Shown: positions 39,855-48,377 of the stretch, piece after piece
How the letters are laid out: each line of letters starts with the position of its first letter
Numbering within the stretch: the first letter of the stretch is position 1
NCBI GenBank assembly: GCA_965199495.1
Contig: CBDASK010000003.1
Span: 1,536,001 to 1,600,000 of the forward strand
Length of the DNA stretch: 64,000 nucleotides
Reading direction: 5' to 3'
Source of the DNA: Abditibacterium sp.
GTDB lineage: Bacteria > Armatimonadota > Abditibacteriia > Abditibacteriales > Abditibacteriaceae
Position numbers and translations under genes: made by a program
The notes under the pieces: model-generated
What the model saw: only the letters and a program-made list of their open reading frames with translations
What the model was told of the DNA's origin: nothing
The model's database searches: none

Positions 39855-41852
39855 ATGAAATCTCCCATACAAACACCGCCCGACCTTCACGAGAACGGCG
39901 AAATTCCCATCGAACCCGTCAACAACAACGGCAACCTCGCTGGCCCCTACGACGTTGACAACGAGCCGAAGAAGAAAAAATCCATCGCCATTCCCGCCAT
40001 CGTCGGCGTGGCGGCGTTGCTCGCCATCGGTCTGTTTCTCAAATCGCGTAGCGCGGGCAAAGCCGCCGCGCCCGACGCTGGCCCCAAAGGCCCACGTCTG
40101 ACGACAGTGCGCGTTATTCCGGCGACGACCGGCACCGTCGTCGAGACTTTGCCTTTGACGGGCCAGCTCAAGTCGAATCAGGACGTGAATATCAACTCGA
40201 AGATTTCGGGGCAGGTCGCGCGCGTCTACGTGAACGAAGGCCAACGCGTTGAGCGCGGTCAGTTGTTAGTTGCGCTCGATACCGGCGATTTGCAGCAGCA
40301 AGTCCAATCGGCGCGCGCTAACCTGGAAAGCGCGCAGGTCAAATTAGATCAGGCCCGCGTCGGCTTGCCCGCGCGCGTCGCCCAGATCAACAACGCGGTG
40401 CGCGAGGCCCAGACGATGGTCAACTCGGCCCAGGCGCGTTTGCAGCAGGCGCAGACCAGCCAGCCAACGACGGCGACCAACGCGCGCTCTCAGGTCGAGA
40501 GCGCCAAAGCGGCGATTGGCTCCAATCAGGCGCGCGTTAAACAGGCGCGCGATACCGCCAAACAAGTGCAGGGCCAAGTCAATTCCGGCATCGCTTCGGC
40601 ACAGGCGGCGTTGGGTCAGGCGCGCGCGCAGTTGGAGCAAGTCAAAAACGGTTCGCGCGATCAGCAAGTCGCGCAAGCTCAGGCGCAGGTCAATCAGATC
40701 GCGGCGCAGGTGAACGTGGGGCAAGCGCAGGTTGACGACGCGCAGACCAATTTGAAGCGCCAACAGGCGTTGTATCAGGGAGGAGCCACCGCTAAGGCCA
40801 ACGTGGATACGGCCCAGACCGCGCTCGAAGTCGCCAAAGCCAATCTCGAAGCGACGCGTTCGAGCCTCGAAGGCGCCCGGCAAAACCTGTCTTTGGTGCA
40901 AGCCGGTTCGCGCACTGAAGAGGTGCGTCAGGCCGAGCAAATCGTGGCGCAACGCGAGGCCGCGCTCAACACGGCGCGCGCCGATTTGAGCCGCATTCCG
41001 GCTTCGCAAGCGCAAATTAGTGACGCGTTGGGCGGTTTGGCGCAGTCGCAGGAAGCGCTGCGTCAGGCCAACGCCAATCTGTCGGCGATTCCCAATTCGC
41101 AGCAGGATGTCGTGCAGGCGCGTCAGGCTTTGAATCAGGCCAGAACCCAACTGCAAACCGCGCAATCGAACAAAGCGCAAATCCCCGTTGCCCAAGCCGA
41201 TGTGCCCGCCGCGCAATCCGCCGTTGACGCCGCGCGCTCGCAGTTGGAACAAGCGCAACTCAACTTGGGTTACGCCCAGATCAAAGCGCCGGTTGCGGGC
41301 GTCGTCAACACCAAATCCATTGACGCGGGCGAAACCGTCGCACCGGGCGCCACGCTATTGAACGTGGTTTCGACGAGTAACGTGATTTTCGAGGCGCAAG
41401 TTCCGGCCTCGCAGTTGGGCCAAATTCAGGTCGGCCAACCGGCCAAAATCACCATCGCCGCACAAAACGGCAAAACCGTTACTGGCTACGTCACCGAAGT
41501 CATCCCCGTCGCCGATGCGCGTCTGCGCCAGTTCCGCATCCGCATCAGCCTCGAAGCGCAGGACGGCCTGACGCCGGGCGCCTTTGCGCAGGGCATTTTG
41601 CAAACGCAGGTCTCGCGCAACACGTTGACAGTTCCGACCGAAGACGTGCGCACGGGCGACGGCAAACCCTACGTCTACGTCGCCGTGGCTGATGGCGACA
41701 ACGCCGTCGCCAAAAAGCGCGAAGTCAAAATCGGCGCGCAGGCCAACGGCAAAACCCAGATTCTGAGCGGTATCGCCACCGGCGACAAAGTCATCGAAGG
41801 CAATGCCCTTTACGACGACGACCAGAAAATCAAAGTCGCCAAAGACAATTAG
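39855..41852 (+). CDS. RND periplasmic adaptor with very long coiled-coil hairpin
   Basis: SKISGQV..V.V.EGQ.V..GQLL and IKAPVAGVV lipoyl halves. Confidence 0.9.
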   Translation: MKSPIQTPPDLHENGEIPIEPVNNNGNLAGPYDVDNEPKKKKSIAIPAIVGVAALLAIGLFLKSRSAGKAAAPDAGPKGPRLTTVRVIPATTGTVVETLPLTGQLKSNQDVNINSKISGQVARVYVNEGQRVERGQLLVALDTGDLQQQVQSARANLESAQVKLDQARVGLPARVAQINNAVREAQTMVNSAQARLQQAQTSQPTTATNARSQVESAKAAIGSNQARVKQARDTAKQVQGQVNSGIASAQAALGQARAQLEQVKNGSRDQQVAQAQAQVNQIAAQVNVGQAQVDDAQTNLKRQQALYQGGATAKANVDTAQTALEVAKANLEATRSSLEGARQNLSLVQAGSRTEEVRQAEQIVAQREAALNTARADLSRIPASQAQISDALGGLAQSQEALRQANANLSAIPNSQQDVVQARQALNQARTQLQTAQSNKAQIPVAQADVPAAQSAVDAARSQLEQAQLNLGYAQIKAPVAGVVNTKSIDAGETVAPGATLLNVVSTSNVIFEAQVPASQLGQIQVGQPAKITIAAQNGKTVTGYVTEVIPVADARLRQFRIRISLEAQDGLTPGAFAQGILQTQVSRNTLTVPTEDVRTGDGKPYVYVAVADGDNAVAKKREVKIGAQANGKTQILSGIATGDKVIEGNALYDDDQKIKVAKDN

Positions 41853-41866
41853 ATTGGTGACAAAGT

Positions 41867-41906
41867 AAGAAGGGCCGCAGGGAAAATTTTCCCTGCGGCC
41901 CTTCTT
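41867..41906. terminator. Intrinsic terminator
   Basis: AAGAAGGGCCGCAGGGAAAA/TTTTCCCTGCGGCCCTTCTT. Confidence 0.75.
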
Positions 41907-41924
41907 GCAATATCTTCGTATTCG

Positions 41925-42662
41925 GGGGACACAATACTTAATTATTCCCACTCGATTTGGGGCCGGGCTTTTTAGCAGCCAACGCACGCCCACAAATCTG
42001 TTCGGCCCGACTTACAAATTCGGACGTGCCGCAGGGCCGACCAGTGCGCGTTTGCTGGCGCAAGCGAATTGCGACGTCGTCATCCAAATCGTTTTCCATC
42101 AACTGTCGCCACGCGCGTGCATCGGGCAATAATCCCAACAAATCGTTGGTTTCCACCAATGGCTCGTGCCCGCGTTGTTCGGTATGAAACGCCGCGCTCG
42201 ACCAACGGTAATCTACGGCTCGCGCAACCAAACCCGCCCGCACCGGATTGAGCAACACGTAACGTGCCGCCGCGCCCAAATGATCCTGATCGAGCGGACA
42301 CGAGCTAAAACGCCCCTGAAATAGATAGCCCGTGGCTCGCAGGCGCCGGTTAATTTGCCATGTATAGCGCCGGTGCGCCTCGCCGATGGCACTCGCCAGC
42401 GCCGTCTCGCTGGCCGGAACCGCCAGCAAGTGAACGCGATTGGTCATCAAGCAATAGCACAAAATCCGCACGCCAAACTTCTCGGTCTGCTCTCTCATGT
42501 GACGTAAGTAAAGCGCGCGGTCGCCATCGCCGAAGAAGATGTCGCCCCGCCGCACGCCACGTTGCGTGACGTGGTGAGCGTAATCGGGCAAAACAACGCG
42601 AGAGAGACGAGGCATAAAGCGTAGTTTAGCCCAGTCAAGGAATAATTAAGTATTGTGTCCCC
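41925..42662 (-). mobile_element. RAYT/Y1 transposase element bounded by 24-bp perfect inverted repeats
   Basis: GGGGACACAATACTTAATTATTCC at 41925-41948; reverse complement at 42639-42662. Confidence 0.85.
41938..42615 (-). CDS. REP-associated tyrosine (Y1, IS200-like) transposase with mutated HUH motif
   Basis: MPR..R, HHVTQRG, YCLMTNRVHLL, LFQGRF, YVLLNPVRAG, YRWSS. Confidence 0.9.
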   Translation of the reverse strand: MPRLSRVVLPDYAHHVTQRGVRRGDIFFGDGDRALYLRHMREQTEKFGVRILCYCLMTNRVHLLAVPASETALASAIGEAHRRYTWQINRRLRATGYLFQGRFSSCPLDQDHLGAAARYVLLNPVRAGLVARAVDYRWSSAAFHTEQRGHEPLVETNDLLGLLPDARAWRQLMENDLDDDVAIRLRQQTRTGRPCGTSEFVSRAEQICGRALAAKKPGPKSSGNN

Positions 42663-42685
42663 TGAATTCCAATCCTGAATTCCAA

Positions 42686-44218
42686 TCAACGCAGTGTCAC
42701 GTCGTCCCAGCGCACGCTGGCGCTGTTAGCCCGCGTGAGATCGCGGATTTTGGTCTGGGCAGACGCCATGGTTTTGGCAGCCACGTCGTCGCCCTCTTTG
42801 ACTTCCAATGCGGCGTCGGCTTTGGTCTGGTCGTCAATTTGGGCCTGAAGCGCATTGCTGCCTTCCAGAGAAATCACGACCCACCCGTTGACCGGCACGA
42901 ACTGAACGCTCAGGAGTTGCCATTCCCCATTTTTGCTGGCTTGCGCAGTGAAACTGCGGTCGCCGTAGAGAGGTTGCGTGCCATGAGCGGCCAGCGTCGC
43001 GCCCGCTCCATTTTCAGGTTTGACCCAGGCCTGCAACGTGTAAGAGCGCCCCGGCACCAGCGGGCCGACCACGCGGCGCACGAAGTGCGTGGCCTGCGGC
43101 GCCAGAGAAATTTGCAGACAGTTCTGGCCCGCGTGCCCACCACTGGCCGAAAAATTGGCCCAGTTCGCCGGATCATACGAGTCGGCCACGACGTAGGGAT
43201 ACCAGTCGTAGCGCGGATCGTTGATCGCCTCGAAGCCGCCGTTCAAGGCGTTGAGTGGCGTCAACCGATAGCCCTCCTTGATGGCGGTGTAGGCTGGAGT
43301 CGCATCAAATTCGGCGGTTTTTTCGAGCGACGTTTGCAGCAGTTCCCAATCGCCCTGACTATCCAAATTGTAAAGCATGACGTGGCTGTAACCGAAACGC
43401 TTGAGCTGGACATAGAATTTGTCCATCCATTCGCGCCGCCCCTGCGCGCCGGTTTTGAACCAAGGGTCAATGGCACCCGACTCGGAAATCACTAACGGAC
43501 GGCGCGTGGTTTTGAGTTCGTTCAACCATTGCCAGGGGCGTCCCAAAACGGTTTCATCAATCTGGCCGCCATAGGCGTGCATTCCGATAAAATCGCAGAC
43601 GCTGCCGATGCCCAGAGCGATCATTTCGCGCAGAATTGGTGAATCGGGCGCGGCGGGCGGTGGCGATTCGATCTGGATACGCGGGTCAACTTTGTGGGCT
43701 TCCTCGAACGCGATTTTGCACATATCGAAGCTCTGCTGCGCCGTCAGTTTGCCGTTTCCGTAGTCCACGTCCGGCTCGTTGTCTATGATGTAATAGAAGA
43801 CGCGCCCCTTATAATGGGTCATCACGCTGGAAGCGAAGTAGCGCCAGTTGGCTTTCCACTTTTCGTAATCGGGATCGCGGTCAATCATCAGACGTGGCGA
43901 CATGGTGGCGCGAATCTGAATATTGGCGGCGCGATAGGCTTCGATGGTAGCGTCGCGCTTGGGCCAACGGAAGGGCGCGCCCCCATTTCTGCCGCCGATG
44001 TCGTCCATGCCGATGCGCGCGCTGCCCAGCCCCAAATCGTTGTCGGCAGCAATCGAGCGCGCCACATAAGTCGGATCGGTATTAAAACCGGTGTTGTTGT
44101 TGATGCCGACGAAAGCGCGGTCGCCGACAGCGTGCGCGGAAGAAACGGCCAGCAGCGTGGCGGCGCCCATCAGCGCGGTCGCAGAAAGTAGAGGCAAAGA
44201 AATAAGGGCAGGTTTCAT
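42686..44218 (-). CDS. Secreted clan GH-A glycoside hydrolase-like protein with C-terminal CBM-like domain
   Basis: Signal peptide; DNEPD, GMHAY, ISESG; NGGFE..YTLQAWVK. Confidence 0.75.
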   Translation of the reverse strand: MKPALISLPLLSATALMGAATLLAVSSAHAVGDRAFVGINNNTGFNTDPTYVARSIAADNDLGLGSARIGMDDIGGRNGGAPFRWPKRDATIEAYRAANIQIRATMSPRLMIDRDPDYEKWKANWRYFASSVMTHYKGRVFYYIIDNEPDVDYGNGKLTAQQSFDMCKIAFEEAHKVDPRIQIESPPPAAPDSPILREMIALGIGSVCDFIGMHAYGGQIDETVLGRPWQWLNELKTTRRPLVISESGAIDPWFKTGAQGRREWMDKFYVQLKRFGYSHVMLYNLDSQGDWELLQTSLEKTAEFDATPAYTAIKEGYRLTPLNALNGGFEAINDPRYDWYPYVVADSYDPANWANFSASGGHAGQNCLQISLAPQATHFVRRVVGPLVPGRSYTLQAWVKPENGAGATLAAHGTQPLYGDRSFTAQASKNGEWQLLSVQFVPVNGWVVISLEGSNALQAQIDDQTKADAALEVKEGDDVAAKTMASAQTKIRDLTRANSASVRWDDVTLR

Positions 44219-44463
44219 ACATTTGAAATCAAAATTCGCACGCAACGAGGTGATCTTGTTGAGTTGGTTTCTTTATTCGATAGGGGTGAGGTCACCCGCG
44301 TCGCAGAGGGTTGGGTGAAGTCGAAGTTGTAGTCCTCGAAGCGTGGAAAGTTGCCCTGCCGCCGGGCCGCGCTTTGACGTGACCGGCGGCAAAAGCGATA
44401 TTTCATCCGATGGAATATCGCTGCTCTTTTTTGACTTATCAATTGGCGGATTGCCGAGCGTTT

Positions 44464-46980
44464 TTAATAGCGGGCGTTGCCGATTTGGAAGTAGATTTTG
44501 TCGCGCACGGCGTCGTAGTTGATCGTGAGTTCGCGCGGGCCGACGGCGCGGCCCAGACTCCAACCGTAGTTGAACGAGCTATCGAGGGCGAACGACGAGT
44601 AATCGGCGAACAATCCGGCGCGCCATTTGGAACTGATGCGGTAGTTGATGTCGGTGCTGCCATAAAGCGAGCCATCGTTGAAGCTACGCGACAAAAACGT
44701 CGAAAAACCCAGTTTGCTGGAAACCTGCGCATCGAACGAGGCCGAGGCATAATTAGTGAAGTTGCCCAGCGAGTTGCTGCTGTAAAGGCCCAACGACGAG
44801 CGGTCGTAGGTGTAATCCAGACGCAGGTTGGCGCGGCTGCCGACGCGTTGCGAAAAGCCCAGCGTGACGCCGGGCGCGACGCCACGACGGCCATCGGAAT
44901 AGTTGAAGGCGGTCGTCAGCAGGTTGGCCGTCACTTGCGCGCCGCTCCACGGCTGGTAAAGCGGCGTCCTAACCGAAGCGGTCAGGGTTTGGCCATAAAG
45001 CGGATTATAGTCGGTGATGGTTTGCCCTGCGCCCTGTCCGGGGATGCCGATGCCGCCGCCGCCCATGCCCGGCACAAAACGCGTGGTGCCAACGCGACTA
45101 ATCGCCAATAGGTTGGCGCTGACGGTATAGGTCAGGCCGGTTTTGCCCAACTGTTTGGGACGCAGACGCGCGTAAAATTGGCCGCGCGTTATGCTTTGCT
45201 GGCCCTGCGGCGCATCGTAAAACGATTCGAGGCCGATTTGTGCGGCTTTGAAATCTTTGGTGATGGCGGCGCGGCCAAACAAATCGCGACCGCGCGGCAC
45301 ATTGACGAAGAACGAGGCCGCCGCCGTGCCACCCAGATTTTGCTGGTGCTGAAAGTTGAAGTTGGGCGCGCCGTGGCCGATTTCGTCAATGCCGAAGCGC
45401 CCGCGCGAACTGGACGAAAGCGAGTATTGCTGGTCGAGTTCGACCGAGGGGCCTTTGCGGTTCGAGCTGAAACCGGCACCCGGATCGTTGCGCAAAATCA
45501 ACGCGCCCGTGCCGTTTTTCGAGGCCTGATAAAACACCGGGAAACGCACCGACAAGCCGCCCGCCGAGTTGAAAGCAAACAGATCGGTCGTCGGGTTGAA
45601 CGAGCCGTCGAGCGGCAGCACGTAAAGCGGCACTTTGAACGCCTTGCCGCCGTTGAAATAGACCGTGGCGCGCTCGAACTGAATCTCGGTGCGCGGGAAC
45701 ACGCGCAGACGGCGCGCCGCCACCCAGTAACCCGCGCCCACATCGAAAGCGGGCGGTGGCAGTTCGATGATGCGCGGTTCGACGCCATCATCCGGCAAGG
45801 GCTGATAAGGCGTCAAACTCGGCAAATCGCCATCGGCCCGTGGTTGCGTGACCAGAGGATTGCTCTGCGTACTCGTCGCGCCCGGCCCATCGGGGCCAGA
45901 CGCGGCATCGGTTTTAGCGGGCGTTATCGCATCAGGCGTGTTTTCGGGCGCGGAATCGGGCGCGTTTTGCGCCGAAGTATCGGTCGTCTCATCGCCGGTG
46001 GCTGCTTGCGTGGTCGGCGTCTCTTCGGTGATTTTAGCCGAAACCGCGCCGCTCTGGCCCAGCGCATCGGCGTTGGCTTTACGATTATCCAACACGTTAA
46101 TCGGCGCGTCGTTATTGATGCCGTCGCCCAAAATTTGTCCGGCGGCGGGCACAATCGCGGCGGGCGCCTGGGGCGCATCAGCTTTATCTTTGGTGATAAC
46201 CGGTTTTTCCGGAGTGATGGCAGTGTTGGGCGTCTCTTTGGCATCGAGGGGCGGCAACGAGGCGAAGTCGGCGCCGAAAAACTCTTGGCGCGCGCCGGTA
46301 TCGCCGTTGGAACCGTCGCCTTCGGCGCGGCGTATCACGCCACTGCGGCGTTGCAGATCGAAAAATAGGCGTTCGCCGCGCAGAGTTTTGGCGCGCGTTC
46401 CCCGCCCCTGCCGAACCGAAACCCCGTCTTTGTTGCCCTGCGCCCAGATGCGTTCTTTATATAAATCCACATCCAGGCGCACGTCGCTTTCGATGTGAAT
46501 ATCGCCGAAATCGAACTGCGATTTGCCCGACGAAGTGATGATGCCCGTGCTTTGTCCATAAGCGACATAGGGCGCCGCGACTTCGAGATAGCGGTCAACG
46601 CGCTCGCCCTCGGCACTAAATTCGACCGTGATAACTTCGCGCGAATTTCCAATAAACGCCGTCACGACGGCGGTGCCGGGCGTGTTGGCCGAGCGCAACA
46701 GCACACGAGCCACGCCGCCCGACAACACGGACTGGCTTTCGATGGTGCCCGCCGTCGTGGCGAAACGCACGACGGGATTGGCCGAAATCGCGTCGCGCGA
46801 AGGCGGCACCTGCACGAAAATCGAGGTCGTCGAAATGCCGTTGGCCGGAATCACGTCTGGCTCGGCGCGTAGCGTGAAGCGCGCACTTTGCGCATGGGCA
46901 GAAGGCGCCACAACAACGCTGATCATGCCGCCAAGCGACAGGAAAAAAAGGGCAACGAGCGAGCGCGAAAAAACGGACAT
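44464..46980 (-). CDS. Secreted / outer membrane protein: Ig-like N-terminus, low-complexity linker, probable beta-barrel
   Basis: IPANGISTTSI..VRFATTAG..G.A Ig/invasin-like segment; amphipathic strands in the C-terminal half. Confidence 0.65.
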   Translation of the reverse strand: MSVFSRSLVALFFLSLGGMISVVVAPSAHAQSARFTLRAEPDVIPANGISTTSIFVQVPPSRDAISANPVVRFATTAGTIESQSVLSGGVARVLLRSANTPGTAVVTAFIGNSREVITVEFSAEGERVDRYLEVAAPYVAYGQSTGIITSSGKSQFDFGDIHIESDVRLDVDLYKERIWAQGNKDGVSVRQGRGTRAKTLRGERLFFDLQRRSGVIRRAEGDGSNGDTGARQEFFGADFASLPPLDAKETPNTAITPEKPVITKDKADAPQAPAAIVPAAGQILGDGINNDAPINVLDNRKANADALGQSGAVSAKITEETPTTQAATGDETTDTSAQNAPDSAPENTPDAITPAKTDAASGPDGPGATSTQSNPLVTQPRADGDLPSLTPYQPLPDDGVEPRIIELPPPAFDVGAGYWVAARRLRVFPRTEIQFERATVYFNGGKAFKVPLYVLPLDGSFNPTTDLFAFNSAGGLSVRFPVFYQASKNGTGALILRNDPGAGFSSNRKGPSVELDQQYSLSSSSRGRFGIDEIGHGAPNFNFQHQQNLGGTAAASFFVNVPRGRDLFGRAAITKDFKAAQIGLESFYDAPQGQQSITRGQFYARLRPKQLGKTGLTYTVSANLLAISRVGTTRFVPGMGGGGIGIPGQGAGQTITDYNPLYGQTLTASVRTPLYQPWSGAQVTANLLTTAFNYSDGRRGVAPGVTLGFSQRVGSRANLRLDYTYDRSSLGLYSSNSLGNFTNYASASFDAQVSSKLGFSTFLSRSFNDGSLYGSTDINYRISSKWRAGLFADYSSFALDSSFNYGWSLGRAVGPRELTINYDAVRDKIYFQIGNARY

Positions 46981-47025
46981 AACGGAAAATTGCGCGTGAA
47001 AGCGAAACTTCGACTTCAAAAAACA

Positions 47026-47213
47026 GGTAGTGGCTCAACGGGGGTTGCAGCGTTGTCATTCTGAGCGCAATGAGGAACGAACGAAGTCGAAGAATCCACA
47101 GGTTGCGCGTTGACTTCGCTTTCGCCTCGATTCCAATTTTTAGATTCTTCGACTTCGTTCGTTCCTCACTGCGCTCAGAATGACAACGCTGCAACCCCCG
47201 TTGAGCCACTACC
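47026..47213. repeat. GTCAT..ATGAC-type long palindrome
   Basis: ~70-bp arms containing GTCATTCTGAGCG..GAAGAATC / GATTCTTCG..CGCTCAGAATGAC. Confidence 0.9.
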
Positions 47214-47334
47214 CAAAAAAACAGATGCCGCTTTCCCCAAAAGAAAAGCGGCATTAGTTTAAAACATCAATGCTTCAAATGAAAGCAATCGGTAACAGTT
47301 ATTTATGCGGCCAATGACCGCGTTAACCAAACTT

Positions 47335-48261
47335 TTAGCGATCCAGAGCTTTCTCGTTGCCCGGATCAATACCCAACGGCGGCTCGCCAGCAGGGACGAC
47401 CGGGATCATCGGCATACCCGCTTGAGGTGCCATCGCATTGGGCGTGGCTGTTGTGTTGGGCGCGGTCATCGTATTGGGCGTGGCCATTGCGGGGGTTTTG
47501 CCATCCATGCCCATTTTGCCGTCCATGCCTTTTTTCCCTTTACCCATCTCGTCCTTGAGATTTTCGGTGAGCGAGGTGGGCAATTGGAAACTTTCGGGCG
47601 GCTTAACGAAAAAAGCGGCGACTTGGCCGAAGGCATTGGCGGCGGCATTTTGCAGACGCTCTTCGGGCGTGCGGCCTGTGGCAGGATCGGAAGTCACGAC
47701 GACCGAGTTCACCGGGCCACCGCCACCGATTTCGTAGAGCTTGGCCGAGACCTGCAATTGCAACGTCGGATTTTGGACCGTGCCACCAACGCTTAACTCT
47801 TCGATTTGAACCTGCGTGATCATCGGCACCTGATCAAATTTGAGTTTGGAGAAGATCGGCTCGGCGGTTTGCAGCGAGGGCGCGCTGACGAACGGATTAA
47901 CGATATCGTCCGAAATCAGGTTATCGCTGACGGCGCGCCGCAAAATCGGATCGAAGCGATAGGGCAAAGTCACCGAAAACTTGCCGGTGTCCGCAAAGGC
48001 CCGTTGCACTTCGGAACGTACCAACGGTTTAATCGCTTCGCCCAGTTGGGGGCCGCCGTTCCAATCGGGGCCGATGGTGAGCGGCAAAACCAACAACACG
48101 CGCTGGCCGGGCCAAATCTCCAGCGCGGGTTTTTTCATTTTGGGCGCGGCCTGAGCGGCGGGCGTCAAAATCGGCAAACACATCGCGCTTACGCCAAAGC
48201 CTAAAACGCCCAGAGTCAGCAGAGACGCGCGACGCGAAGGTGAAACAGAGTAATTCTTCAT
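47335..48261 (-). CDS. Hypothetical secreted protein
   Basis: Signal peptide (AAQA); low-complexity tail. Confidence 0.7.
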   Translation of the reverse strand: MKNYSVSPSRRASLLTLGVLGFGVSAMCLPILTPAAQAAPKMKKPALEIWPGQRVLLVLPLTIGPDWNGGPQLGEAIKPLVRSEVQRAFADTGKFSVTLPYRFDPILRRAVSDNLISDDIVNPFVSAPSLQTAEPIFSKLKFDQVPMITQVQIEELSVGGTVQNPTLQLQVSAKLYEIGGGGPVNSVVVTSDPATGRTPEERLQNAAANAFGQVAAFFVKPPESFQLPTSLTENLKDEMGKGKKGMDGKMGMDGKTPAMATPNTMTAPNTTATPNAMAPQAGMPMIPVVPAGEPPLGIDPGNEKALDR

Positions 48262-48377
48262 AATTTGTTTTTCCGATGCAGTTTAAATGGAATCCGACGG
48301 AATTGTCATCCTCGTTACCTCCTCGTGAAACCAAATTCCGCGCCTCGCAAACTTCTTTGCGAGGCGCGGAACAGAGA

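Noticed and set aside
44260..44400. Possible IstB remnant (NFPRFEDYNFDFTQPS) or c-di-GMP riboswitch
   Set aside because: Similarity is too short and the riboswitch consensus is not matched.
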